Assembly (NCBI GenBank): GCA_965198635.1
Contig: OZ240669.1
Span: forward strand, 781,917 to 845,916
DNA from: Granulicella sp.
GTDB lineage: Bacteria > Acidobacteriota > Terriglobia > Terriglobales > Acidobacteriaceae
Length of the DNA stretch: 64,000 nt
Direction: 5' to 3'
Positions within the stretch are counted from its first letter, which is position 1, and every line of letters begins with the position of its first letter. Positions 37,646-47,900 of the stretch are shown here, piece after piece. The translations under genes and the position numbers were made by a program. Under the pieces are notes generated by a model, which had not been told where the DNA came from, did not search any database, and saw nothing but the letters and a program-made list of their open reading frames with translations.

Positions 37646-38920
37646 ATGCACTCCCGCAAATCCATACCAACTCCGGAAGAGCTCCCCTGGCAGGCTTTGC
37701 TTGATTCCGCCGGTGAGGGTATCTGGGGTGTGGACCTGCAGGGAATCTGCACCTTCGTCAACCGTGCTGCCTGCGCAGCCCTGGGCTACATGCCGGACGA
37801 ACTGGTCGGCCGCAACATGCACGAAGCGATCCACCATCACCATCCGGACGGACGGCCTTACCCGAACGCCGAGTGCATCGTGTACAACGTCTTCCGACGG
37901 GGTCGGGCCTTCACCAATCAAATCGACCACCTGTTCCGCAAAGACGGTTCGATCTTTTACGCGGAGATGTCGGCGCAGCCGATCCTGCATGAAGGCGCGA
38001 CCCGGGGCGCCGTTGTTACCTTTCGCGACATCACCCAAACGCGAAAGACCGAAGAGGCGCTGCGCCGCAGTGAAAAGCTGGCCGCCGTGGGCCAGCTTGC
38101 CTCGTCGATCGCGCATGAGATTAACAATCCGCTCGAAGCCGTGACAAACCTCCTCTACCTCATCCGCAACGCCCGCAGCCTGCCAGAGATGCAGGCCTAC
38201 GCCGTCCAGGCAGAGTCGGAACTGGCTCGCGTCGCCGACATCACGACCCAGACGCTGCGCTTCCACCGCCAGCAAAGCAGCGCCGCCCTGGTCGATCTGA
38301 ACGAGACCCTCCCCGCGGTTCTGCGCCTGTACACCACCCGGCTACGTTCGCGCGGTATTCAACTGCACGTGGACCTGCAACCCTCCCCTGCGGCCATGCT
38401 TCTTGAAGGCGATATGCGGCAGGTGCTCAACAATCTTGTCCGGAACGCCTTGGACGCTATGCCGGCGGGGGGCCATCTGTACCTGCGTCTGCGGTCCGCG
38501 ACGTGCCCCGGGACCGGCGCGCCGGGGCTTCGCATCACCATCGCCGACACAGGTACCGGCTTTCTACCCGAGATCCGCGCGCACCTGTTCGAGCCTTTTT
38601 ATACCTCCAAGGAGATCACCGGTACCGGTCTAGGACTGTGGATCTCCAAGGGGATCGTGGACAAACATGCGGGCCATATCGGGATGCGTTCATGCCAGCA
38701 GGGTATGGGTGCACCCGGCAGGCACGGCACGGTGTTTGCCCTATGGCTTCCGCTGCAACCCCCAGCGGTTCGAACGGATCGCAAGAACCAGGACATTCCC
38801 CAAAGCAGCGGCCCACAGAGCGGCCAGAACAGCGGCCGGGACACCAGCCAGCTTGATGCGTCCAGCACCGCCAGGCTCGGGACAGCCGCCGGCGCCATGT
38901 ATGCTCAAACGGACGCATGA
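37646..38920 (+). CDS. PAS-domain sensor histidine kinase (cytoplasmic, no adjacent response regulator)
   Basis: PAS (GIWGVDLQGICTFVNRAACAALGY...FRKDGS), H-box SSIAHEINNPL, N box RNALDAM, G boxes DTGTGF and GTGLGLWISKGIV. Confidence 0.85.
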   Translation: MHSRKSIPTPEELPWQALLDSAGEGIWGVDLQGICTFVNRAACAALGYMPDELVGRNMHEAIHHHHPDGRPYPNAECIVYNVFRRGRAFTNQIDHLFRKDGSIFYAEMSAQPILHEGATRGAVVTFRDITQTRKTEEALRRSEKLAAVGQLASSIAHEINNPLEAVTNLLYLIRNARSLPEMQAYAVQAESELARVADITTQTLRFHRQQSSAALVDLNETLPAVLRLYTTRLRSRGIQLHVDLQPSPAAMLLEGDMRQVLNNLVRNALDAMPAGGHLYLRLRSATCPGTGAPGLRITIADTGTGFLPEIRAHLFEPFYTSKEITGTGLGLWISKGIVDKHAGHIGMRSCQQGMGAPGRHGTVFALWLPLQPPAVRTDRKNQDIPQSSGPQSGQNSGRDTSQLDASSTARLGTAAGAMYAQTDA

Positions 38921-39747
38921 AGCGAATTCTTACCGGGGCCGTGCTGATCGCGCTGGTCGCCGCGCTGATCTTCTTCGATATTCCCTGGCTTGTCACGGTC
39001 TTCAGCGCGATCGTGGCGTTGCTCGCCGCCTTCGAGTTCCGCGGGCTCGCCGGGAAAGCCGACGCGGGTTTTCCCCTTTGGTGGATGGCTGGCGCAATCG
39101 TGCTTTTCTTCACCGTGAGCGCTCTGCAGCCGTTTGATCTCATCGCTGCTGTCTCCTTTGCCACCCTGGTCTTGTTCACCTGGAGCAGTTTTCGGTCGCC
39201 CCTGCCGCGGGTTTTGCATGAGACCGGCGCGGGCCTATTGATGCTGCTCTATATCGCCTATCCGCTCTCGCTCGTGCCGCGCATTCTGGCAACCGAGGAC
39301 GGTACGGCCCTGCTCTTGTTTCTGTTTTTGTGCGTCTGGTGTGGCGATATCGCCGCACTGTATATCGGCAAGAACTTCGGCAAGCGCAGGCTGGCCCCGG
39401 CGCTTTCGCCGAACAAGACATGGGCGGGAGCGGTTGCGTCCGTGGTCGGCAGCTTGGTCTTTGGGATGGGTCTGATCGCCCTGGGCAACTGGCTCACAGC
39501 GCACAATTCCACGTTCACCCGGCTGCACACCACCGAACCGCCGTGGCGCTTTCTGCTGCTGGCGATTGGGTTGAATTTTGCCGCACAGCTAGGAGATTTG
39601 GTGGAGTCGGCGCTGAAGCGTGGCGTCGACGTAAAAGATTCCGGCACGCTGCTGCCCGGTCACGGTGGCGTGTTGGACCGCGTCGACGCCCTGCTGCTGG
39701 CCGCGCCGGTGTTGTGGTTCGTTCTACTGCTGTGGCAGCCGCAGTAG
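38917..39747 (+). CDS. cdsA: phosphatidate cytidylyltransferase
   Basis: ATGA overlap with the kinase stop. SPNKTWAGAV and PGHGGVLDRVD signature, with multiple TM spans. Confidence 0.9.
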   Translation: MKRILTGAVLIALVAALIFFDIPWLVTVFSAIVALLAAFEFRGLAGKADAGFPLWWMAGAIVLFFTVSALQPFDLIAAVSFATLVLFTWSSFRSPLPRVLHETGAGLLMLLYIAYPLSLVPRILATEDGTALLLFLFLCVWCGDIAALYIGKNFGKRRLAPALSPNKTWAGAVASVVGSLVFGMGLIALGNWLTAHNSTFTRLHTTEPPWRFLLLAIGLNFAAQLGDLVESALKRGVDVKDSGTLLPGHGGVLDRVDALLLAAPVLWFVLLLWQPQ

Positions 39748-39781
39748 GCAGAGACAAGGCCGATTCTGCGAAAATGATCTT

Positions 39782-40945
39782 GTGAAAAATATTGCCCTTC
39801 TCGGCTCGACCGGCTCCATCGGCCAATCCACCCTTAGCCTTTGCGAGTCGCACGCTGCCCAGTTCCGGCCCGTGGCATTGGCCGCCGGTTCCAACCTCGA
39901 GGTCGCTTTAAAGCAGTGTGTTCGATGGCGCCCGGCGACCGTGTCGATGGCTACAGAAGAGCTTGCCGAGGCTCTGCGCACCCGGCTGCGCGCGGCGGGC
40001 GTCAACGGCATCGAGGTGGTGCACGGGACAGCGGGAACGGTGCGTGTGGCCACCCTGCCAGAGGCGGATTTTGTGGTCTCGGCGATCGTGGGTGTGGCCG
40101 GCCTGGAAGCAACGTACGCCGCCGTGCTGGACGGCAAGACGGTAGGGCTCGCCAACAAGGAGTGCCTGGTCGCGGCAGGCGATCTGATCCTCCAAGCCGC
40201 CCGCGAACACGGGGCGGTGCTGCTGCCGATTGACTCCGAACACAATGCGATCCACCAGTGTCTGCGCGGCGGGGCGGCGAACGAGGTCAAACAGATCTGG
40301 CTCACAGCCTCCGGCGGCCCGTTTCGCAACACGCCGCTGAGCGAATTTGAGGGCATCACACCGGCCCAAGCGCTCAAGCACCCTACCTGGACCATGGGCC
40401 AGCGCATCACGGTGGACTCGGCGACCATGCTGAACAAGGGTCTGGAGATTATCGAGGCTTGCCGGTTATTCAATCTGCCGCCCGACCGCGTCCGTGTCAC
40501 CGTGCATCCGCAATCCACCATCCACTCCCTCGTCGAATATGTGGACGGCTCTATCCTGGCGCAGATCTCCGTCACCGACATGCGCCTGCCGATCTTGTAC
40601 GCGCTGAGTTGGCCCGAGCGTGTGCCCAGCGACCTGACCTTTGACATGACGGCGTTGAAGCAGCTCGACTTTCAACCACCGGATCTCGAACGCTTTCCCT
40701 GCCTCCGGCTGGCATATGAGGCAGCCGCGGCCAGCCAGGCGCACTGCATCGCGCTGAATGCGGCGGATGAAGTTGCGGTCGAGCTGTTTCTGAAGGGGGA
40801 TCTGCCCTTCATGGGCATCCCGCGTACAATCGAGGCGGTGCTGGCGGTTACCACTTCCGCCTCTCCGGCGTCTATCGCGGAGGTGCTTGCGCTCGATGCG
40901 CGGGCCCGCGAGCAGGCGCATGAAGCCGTTTTGCAGACAGCCTGA
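39782..40945 (+). CDS. dxr: 1-deoxy-D-xylulose 5-phosphate reductoisomerase
   Basis: GTG 39782 (VKNIALLGSTGSIGQSTL) within ORF 39665..40945. LANKECLV, DSEHNAI, HPTWTMG. Confidence 0.95.
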   Translation: MKNIALLGSTGSIGQSTLSLCESHAAQFRPVALAAGSNLEVALKQCVRWRPATVSMATEELAEALRTRLRAAGVNGIEVVHGTAGTVRVATLPEADFVVSAIVGVAGLEATYAAVLDGKTVGLANKECLVAAGDLILQAAREHGAVLLPIDSEHNAIHQCLRGGAANEVKQIWLTASGGPFRNTPLSEFEGITPAQALKHPTWTMGQRITVDSATMLNKGLEIIEACRLFNLPPDRVRVTVHPQSTIHSLVEYVDGSILAQISVTDMRLPILYALSWPERVPSDLTFDMTALKQLDFQPPDLERFPCLRLAYEAAAASQAHCIALNAADEVAVELFLKGDLPFMGIPRTIEAVLAVTTSASPASIAEVLALDARAREQAHEAVLQTA

Positions 40946-41017
40946 CGATCTTCCGACTTCCGAAGCCCGCTTCCGTTCCCCGCCACCTTCAACCCCTCCG
41001 AGGCAGCCTTTCCTTCT

Positions 41018-42394
41018 ATGCATCTCCTTCAGGTAGTCGCCGAGTTCGCGGTGGTGCTTGGCATCATGGTCCTGGTGCACGAGTTCGGTCACTTTGCCCT
41101 GGCCAAGCTGTGCGGTGTGCGCGTGGAGGCCTTTGCGCTCGGCTTCGGCACGCGGCTTTTCGGCGTGGTCTACAAGGGCACGGACTACCGGGTGAACCTG
41201 CTGCCGCTGGGCGGCTACGTCAAGATGGCCGGCGAGATGCTGGGCGAATCGGCGGCAACCACAGAGGCCCGCAAACCCATCGATCCGGGCGACTTCACCG
41301 CGCATCCACGCTGGCAGCGGGCCCTGATCGCCCTCGCCGGACCGGTGCTGAACTTTCTGCTGGCCATTTTGCTGCTAGCCGTTGTCGCCCACTACCACCA
41401 TGAGGTAGATCAGTACCTCAACGGTCCCGCGGTGCTGGATTACGTGGCAGCGGACACGCCCGCCGCGAAGGCCGGGCTCAAGGCCGGCGATACGCTGGTG
41501 CGGGTAAACGGCGTCGCGGATCCGACCTGGATGCAGATCGGTGAAGAATCCGCGCTGCACATGAACGCCTCGATTCCGGTGACCTACCGCCGGCCGGATG
41601 GGCAAACCGCGACCGCGCCGCTGCTGATCGACACGGGCGACCGGAGCGGCGAGTTCACGCCGGGCAGCCTGTCTCATGTGGGGCTCGAGCCGCAGTCGCA
41701 GCCCGGGCCAATGGTGGTGCAGACCGTGGAGCCGGACACGCCGGCCTCGACGGCGGGGTTGAAGTCAGGCGACAAGCTGCTGAGCATCGACAACTACCAG
41801 CCGCACTCCGTGGAGCCCCTGCTGGCCTACCTGCAGGACCACAACGGCGCGCCTGCGGTGCTGAAGGTAGACCGCAGCGGCCAGGTGCTGACCCTGCCGA
41901 TCGTGCCGAGGAAGCTCATGCTGGGCACGGGGCCGATAGGCTACAAGCTGGGCTTCAGCCGCGTGCCGCCGCCGGCCGATGTGGTCAAGCTGCCGCTGGG
42001 GCAGGCGATGAAGCAGTCGCTGCAGGAGAATGCGGAGTACTCCACGCTGCTGCTGCGGGTGCTTAAGGGCATGTTCACGCATCAGGTGGCGGTGAAGTCG
42101 GTCAGCGGTCCCGTGGGCATGGCGCAGCAGATCGACCTGGCTGTGCAGTACGGCAAGTGGACCGTGCTTGAGACCATGGCGGCGATCTCACTGAACCTCG
42201 GCATCCTGAACCTGATGCCCTTTCCCGTGCTCGACGGCGGGATGATCCTGTTCCTGCTGATCGAGGCCATTATGCGCCGGGATGTGAATCAGGTGATCAA
42301 GGAACGGGTGTATCAGGTGGCGTTTGTGTGCATCATCCTGTTTGCCGCGCTGGTGATGTTCAACGATATTGCGAAGCTGCATTTGAAGCTGTAG
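41018..42394 (+). CDS. rseP: RIP site-2 metalloprotease RseP
   Basis: HEFGH zinc motif, PDZ segments, and NLMPFPVLDGG near the C-terminus. Confidence 0.9.
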   Translation: MHLLQVVAEFAVVLGIMVLVHEFGHFALAKLCGVRVEAFALGFGTRLFGVVYKGTDYRVNLLPLGGYVKMAGEMLGESAATTEARKPIDPGDFTAHPRWQRALIALAGPVLNFLLAILLLAVVAHYHHEVDQYLNGPAVLDYVAADTPAAKAGLKAGDTLVRVNGVADPTWMQIGEESALHMNASIPVTYRRPDGQTATAPLLIDTGDRSGEFTPGSLSHVGLEPQSQPGPMVVQTVEPDTPASTAGLKSGDKLLSIDNYQPHSVEPLLAYLQDHNGAPAVLKVDRSGQVLTLPIVPRKLMLGTGPIGYKLGFSRVPPPADVVKLPLGQAMKQSLQENAEYSTLLLRVLKGMFTHQVAVKSVSGPVGMAQQIDLAVQYGKWTVLETMAAISLNLGILNLMPFPVLDGGMILFLLIEAIMRRDVNQVIKERVYQVAFVCIILFAALVMFNDIAKLHLKL

Positions 42395-42493
42395 GTACAC
42401 CTCCCCCCTAGTACTTGCTGTTCAAAGTCTTAAAAGAAGGGGGTTTAAGTTCGATTTTCGGACCTAGACCCCTTACCGTTACCAACGGTCCTG

Positions 42494-42527
42494 CAGCCGG
42501 TATCCGGTTTTCACCGTACACCGGCTG
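42494..42527. terminator. hairpin between convergent rseP and the DHH-like gene
   Basis: CAGCCGGT-18 nt-ACCGGCTG. The loop contains CCGGTATCCGG followed by TTTT. Weak. Confidence 0.3.
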
Positions 42528-42552
42528 TCAAGTGGCTGGGGCGACGTTCCTG

Positions 42553-43545
42553 TCAGCGGGAGCGCAATTCCGTTGCGATCTGCTCGGCGGCCGCACGGGC
42601 TTCTTTTGCCTGATCTACCGGAAAACTGATCGCCCCGACGCGGGCGTGGCCGCCGCCGCCCCAGCGTTCGCAGAGGGCCGCGATGTTCGCGAGTTCGGCT
42701 GCGGGTTTGGTCGTCCAGGGATTGGTGCCCACGGAGATTTTGGTGCGGAAGCTGGATTTGGAGAGGCCTACGACGTAGGTGGCTCCCGGGTGCAGGTAGT
42801 AGGGGATGAACTTACTGTAGCCTTCGACGGGCTGGTCGGTGATGTCGAAGGTGATGACGCCGTCCCGCAACTGGATGCGGTCGCGGAGCAGGTCTACGGC
42901 CTTCCAGTGGCTTTCGAGCAGCGGGCCGAGGAGCTCCCCGACCCAGGGCAGGGCGACGATCTCGGCCAGCGGCAGCGCGGTGAGCAGGGGGATGAAGCGC
43001 TGCACGGTTTCGCTGGTGGGCGCGGCTTCGATGATGGCCGTGAGCTTCATGGCGGGGGCGGCGAGTTCGACGGCGGCGGTGGCCGACTCGTATTTGGCGC
43101 CGTCCACGATGTTGGCCCAGCGGATCAGGTCGGCCAGAGGTGCAATATCCATCCCGAAGCGAGTCTGCGCGATGCCCGCGATCCAGCCGGTGCAGCTGAT
43201 GTAGAGCGGATCGAAGAAGTAGCGCAGGGCCTGGGGACCGGGCGCGCCGGGCACCCCTATGCCGGCACGGAAGTGGGCTTCGTCCTCGGGCGTGGAGAAG
43301 GCGGACTGGTGGTGGTCAAACCACCAGGTGACCTCGGGCCGCGGGGAGTACTTGAAGTCGACGATGGCGTTTTCGCCGTTCCTTTCCAGCCAGCCGTCTT
43401 CAAAGAGCGGGCCGGGGCGGTGCGCGAGGCCGTGGTAGTCGAAGGTCTGGGCCGTGCCGATGCATTCGCGGTGAAAGCGGGTGAAGAGCGAGGCGGAACA
43501 GGCGCCATCGAAGCAACGATCGTGGTAGAAAACTCGGCAGTTCAA
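42553..43545 (-). CDS. DHH/DHHA1-like phosphoesterase
   Basis: C-terminal 330 codons of track ORF 42553..44280. RVFYHDRCFDGACSA, WWFDHHQS, WGGGGHARVGA. The only plausible start is TTG at 43545 (LNCRVFYHD), as I found no in-frame ATG or GTG in the ~100 nt of upstream DNA I translated. The upstream part of the track ORF runs through a tandem repeat. Confidence 0.65.
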   Translation of the reverse strand: MNCRVFYHDRCFDGACSASLFTRFHRECIGTAQTFDYHGLAHRPGPLFEDGWLERNGENAIVDFKYSPRPEVTWWFDHHQSAFSTPEDEAHFRAGIGVPGAPGPQALRYFFDPLYISCTGWIAGIAQTRFGMDIAPLADLIRWANIVDGAKYESATAAVELAAPAMKLTAIIEAAPTSETVQRFIPLLTALPLAEIVALPWVGELLGPLLESHWKAVDLLRDRIQLRDGVITFDITDQPVEGYSKFIPYYLHPGATYVVGLSKSSFRTKISVGTNPWTTKPAAELANIAALCERWGGGGHARVGAISFPVDQAKEARAAAEQIATELRSR

Positions 43546-43606
43546 AGTGGATCGGGGCCTTTCAGCGCTAAAGTGCGGACAGGTTGAGGATAGCTGAGGG
43601 AGCGAC

Positions 43607-43690
43607 GGTCTGAGTTGCAGGTCCTGAGTTGCAGGTCCTGAGTTGCAGGTTCTAAGTTGTAGGTTCTGAGTTGCAGGTTCTGACTTGTCA
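43607..43690. repeat. 6 x 14-bp tandem repeat (consensus GTYCTGAGTTGCAG) in a divergent intergenic region
   Basis: GGTCTGAGTTGCAG GTCCTGAGTTGCAG GTCCTGAGTTGCAG GTTCTAAGTTGTAG GTTCTGAGTTGCAG GTTCTGACTTGTCA. Confidence 0.9.
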
Positions 43691-43760
43691 GTGTTCGAGT
43701 GGTTGGCATTCGCAACCAGGCTGCCATAGAGTGGAGACACACTCCTGGAGACCTCTTTTG

Positions 43761-44900
43761 ATGGCCGATTTCGATGCGGAACCGCCGCTTGTTCCAGCCC
43801 CTGTTCTCCCGGCTTCGGGTCCTTCCGGGTCCGGGGTACTGATGGGGCCACTGGGTCTACGCGCTGGCTGGGGCATTCTGATCTACTTTGTGCTGGCTGC
43901 CTTTCTGGGCTGGGCGCTGTTCGCGGGCCTGTTCCGGAGTACCAGCCAGATGAAGCAGTTCCGGGTCGAGTCGCAGCAGGCACAGGCCACGGCAGCGCGG
44001 CAGAAGGCGGCGCACCAGCCCGTTCCCGTGCGGCCCCTGCAGCCGTTGCCGACAGTTCTGGGGGAGGTGGCGCAGGCAGGGGCGGCGCTGCTGGCGGCCT
44101 TGGGCTTGAGCTTTCTGGAGCGGCGGCACTTTCGCGTGTACGGGATTGGTTTACGCCGCGTGGGCGATGCCGTTGTGGGAGCCGGCTGGGGTTTCGTCGC
44201 CCTCGGGCTACTGGTTGCGGCTCTGCGCGGCTTCCATTTGCTGGTGTTTGACGGCCGGCTGCTGTATGGAACGCCGGCACTTCGGTATGGCGCCTTTTGG
44301 CTGGGCGGCTTCTTTCTGGTCGGGTTGGCGGAGGAGTTCCTATTTCGTGGGTATATCCAGTTCACGCTGATGCGCGGGCTGCTGGGGCTGGCACATCGGC
44401 TTGCCCCGGGCCGGGCGCGCGGCGTGGCCTTCGCCCTGAGTGCCGTGGTGTGGTCGGGATTGTTTTTTGTGGCGCACATCCATAACGCCGGCGAGACAGT
44501 GACGGGACTGGCAGCGGTGTTTCTGGCCGGCGTTGCCTTCAGCTATGCGCTTTGGCGGACGGGATCCTTGTGGTGGGGCATCGGTGCGCATGCCACGTGG
44601 GACTGGGGGCAAAGCTTTCTGTTCGGCGTGCCGGACAGCGGAACCATTGTGGCGGGGCGGCTATTTCAGACCCATGCCGTAGGACCGGCGTGGCTTTCGG
44701 GCGGGGTAGACGGCCCGGAAGGCAGCGTGCTGGTGATTCCGGCGCTGCTGCTGTTGATGCTGGCGGTTCGGCTACACAGGGCCGGAGCGCAGCCGCCGGT
44801 GGAGCCTGAGACCCGAATGAGTTCAGCGGATGCGGCCGAGCGCGCCGCGGCCCCGGGGCTTCGCTTTAGAATCAGGGCTGCGCATGAGCAGTTTAAATGA
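43761..44900 (+). CDS. CPBP-family intramembrane glutamic endopeptidase (CAAX protease-like)
   Basis: ATG 43761 within ORF 43671..44900. Motifs EEFLFRGY, FVAHIHN and HATWDW, with multiple TM spans. Confidence 0.8.
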   Translation: MADFDAEPPLVPAPVLPASGPSGSGVLMGPLGLRAGWGILIYFVLAAFLGWALFAGLFRSTSQMKQFRVESQQAQATAARQKAAHQPVPVRPLQPLPTVLGEVAQAGAALLAALGLSFLERRHFRVYGIGLRRVGDAVVGAGWGFVALGLLVAALRGFHLLVFDGRLLYGTPALRYGAFWLGGFFLVGLAEEFLFRGYIQFTLMRGLLGLAHRLAPGRARGVAFALSAVVWSGLFFVAHIHNAGETVTGLAAVFLAGVAFSYALWRTGSLWWGIGAHATWDWGQSFLFGVPDSGTIVAGRLFQTHAVGPAWLSGGVDGPEGSVLVIPALLLLMLAVRLHRAGAQPPVEPETRMSSADAAERAAAPGLRFRIRAAHEQFK

Positions 44901-47900
44901 GGAACAGCGGCCCGGCCCGGCGGCGGAAGGGGTCGAGCGGCAGAGCGAACCGCGGCTTCTGACCCGGTCCGTTCCCACGGAACCAGGCGACAAGGAACGC
45001 AGGAACGGCAGCAGCCGCCGCGAGCCAAAGGAACGGCAACACGCTGCAGAAAGCGGGCTGCGGGCCTGGGCGAGCAACCTGCGGCGGAGCCGTGGGCCCC
45101 GGCGGGTTCTACTGGGGCTCGGCGCCGTGCTTTTGCTGTTGTGTGTGGGACTGGTGGTGTGGGTGGCGAGCCTGCGCCATGCGGTGAATGCGGCGTTGCC
45201 GGCGCTGGACGGCGAAGCGACGGTGCATGGGCTGCAGTCCGCCGTTAACGTGACACGCGATGCGCAGGGTGTGCCTTCGATCACGGCGGGCAGTTTGCAC
45301 GATGCCCTGTTTGCGCAGGGGTACGTGACCGCGAGCGACCGGCTGTGGCAGATGGATGCGCTGCGGCGGCATGGCGCGGGCGAGTTGGCGGAGGTTCTGG
45401 GGCCGTCCATGGTGGAACACGATCGCCGGCAGCGCATCCTGCAGATGCGCGCGACGGCGGACCGGGCCGTAACGGAGCTGCCTGCCGACCAGCGGGCAGA
45501 GCTGGAGGCCTATGCGGCGGGCGTGAACAGCTATATCGACGGCCACCGCGGGTCTTTGCCGGTGGAGTTCCGGCTATTGAGCTACAAGCCGGCGGCGTGG
45601 ACGCCGCGGGATTCGCTGCTGATTCTGTTGGTGATGTTTCAGGATATGTCGACGCGGTTTCCGCAGAAGATGGACCGCGAGGCGCTAAGCCGGCATCTGC
45701 CGAACGATCTTTTGCCGGACCTGTACCCGGTGGGCAGCTGGCGGGACCAGCCGCCGTCGGCGCAGAACCACAGCATCTCCGCACCGCACGCGGTGGAGCT
45801 GATTCCGCTGGATCCGTCGCAGGCGCGAGCTATGCCAAGGCCCGCCCGGGTGAATCCGGAGGCGGGTACGCGGGAGCTGCTGGCCGCGAGTGAGGCCCTG
45901 GCGAGCACGGAGAGCTGCGAGGACTGCCGGGCGGGGTCGAACAACTGGGCGGTAAGTGGGGCACGAACCGCGTCAGGCAAACCGCTGCTGGCTAATGACA
46001 CGCACCTGAGCCTGCTGATTCCGGACGCCTGGTACGAGGTAGCGCTGCGCACCACGGCTGCTGAGGAAGCGGCTTCCGCTGTGGCAGGAGATGCCGCTGG
46101 GACGCTTGACGCGAGCGGATTTACCCTGCCCGGGCTGCCGTTTGTGGTGATCGGGCGCAATGCGCATGTGGCGTGGGGGGTGACGAACCTGGGCGGGGAT
46201 ACCCAGGACGTCCGCGTGGAACACCTGCGCGGCTCCGGGACGGCCATGGAGTTTGAGCAGACCGACGGCCAGTGGGCCCCGGTGGAGCACCACGAGGAGC
46301 GAATCCGGGTGCGGGGCGGGCTGGACCGGGTGCTGGATGTGGAAACCACGACGCATGCGGTGGGAACCGAGACGATGGTGACGCCAATCATTTCGGGGCT
46401 GTACCCGTCCGACCCGCGAACGCTTTCGCTGGCGTGGACGGCGTATGCGCCGCGGGCGGTTTCAGTGCCGCTGCTGGCGGCCAACGTGGCGACGGATGGA
46501 GCGGCGCTGGTGCGGTCGTTCGCCACCTTTGGCGGACCCACGCTGAACGTGGTGTGGGCGGATACGGAGGGGCACATCGGGTACCATGCGATCGGGCTGA
46601 TCCCGATGCGAGGATCCACGGTCCCCCAGCCCCGGGATTTGCCGGAGGCTGTGACGGCAGCACCGTCCGGCACCGCGGTTCCGGACGAGGGCGAAGGGGA
46701 TCAGACGCCGGTGAGGCAGCCGGCGGCGATGCAGCGGGAGTTGACGGGGCCGCGGTTGGTTCTGAGCGCTTACCGTCCTGGGCGGCGGCGCGTGGGAGCT
46801 TCCCGAGCGGCGGGACCTTTAGCCACCCCGGGACGGCGGCGCAGGGCGGCGGCGGCGGCCCTGGTTGAACCGCCGCAGGAGGCTCCGGCCCCGGCAGCGC
46901 TGCGGAGTTACACCATCGGATCGCGGGTGTCGCCGGTACCGACGGATGCGCTGGACGCCAAGCAGGCTTGGGTGGGGTATATCGCCTATGCAGATATGCC
47001 GGCGGTGACCGACCCGGCCGTTGGTGTGCTGGCCACGGCGAACTCGCGGGTCACGGCGGACGACTACCCGTGGTCCGTGAGCGATGACTGGGCCGATCCA
47101 TTCCGGACCGAGCGCATCGTGCACCTGCTGAGCGGACGCACGGGGCTGACGCCTTCGGACATGCTGGCGGCGGAGAACGATGTGCACTCCGATGTGAACC
47201 AGGCGATGGGGCAACGGATTGCGTATGCGATCGACCATGCGTCGGCCTTCGCGCTGGGTGGCGACGCGCGGCGGCTGCACCAGGCGGCGGACCTGTTGCG
47301 GTCCTGGGATGGGGAGATGACGACGGGGTCGTCGGCTGCAGCGCTCCTTACGACGGTGCGTGAGTCGCTTTGGCCGACGCTGCTGGGACCGCAGCTGACG
47401 GCGCATGCGGCCGGTGCGCAGGCGCCGAATGCGGCCGAGGTGGCCTCGCTGGTGAAGCTTTACAACTGGGGCGAGCGGACCACTGCGCTGGAGCTGATGC
47501 TGCAGAATCAGCCGGCGCGCTGGCTGCCGGCGGCGTTTGCGAACTGGAACGACTTTCTGGCGACGGCCACGGAGCAGGGCCTGAGAGCCGCGAACGCGCC
47601 TGCCGACCTGAGCCGCTGGCCCTACGGCAAGCTGCACACGGTGGAGCTGATGCACCCGGTGTTTGGGCCGCATCCGCTGCTGGCGCGGCTGCTGGGGATC
47701 GCCGGAAGCACGGGCCGGCAGCCGGCGCCGGGAGATTTCACGACGATTAAGGCGATTGGGCCGCATTTTGGGCCGAGCGAACGGTTTGTCGCTGATCTTT
47801 CCAAGGATAGGACGTCCTGGCATGGGGCTCTTGGGAATGTGACCACGGGTGAGTCGGAAAACGGGCACAGCCCGTGGTACCTGGACCAGTTCGCACCCTG

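Noticed and set aside
42415-43587. 390-aa plus-strand ORF
   Set aside because: It is antisense to the DHH/DHHA1-like gene. The product is Gly/Ala/Asp-rich low complexity with no motifs.
43607-43690. Tandem repeats as a CRISPR array
   Set aside because: The repeats are contiguous 14-mers with no spacers and no cas genes. The same reasoning applies to the arrays at 53716..53766, 53836..53888 and 29380..29430.
43546-44280. Upstream 245 codons of track ORF 42553..44280
   Set aside because: It runs through the 14-bp tandem repeat and antisense to the CPBP gene. The product is Pro/Ala/Arg-rich. DHH-family similarity starts only at the TTG at 43545.
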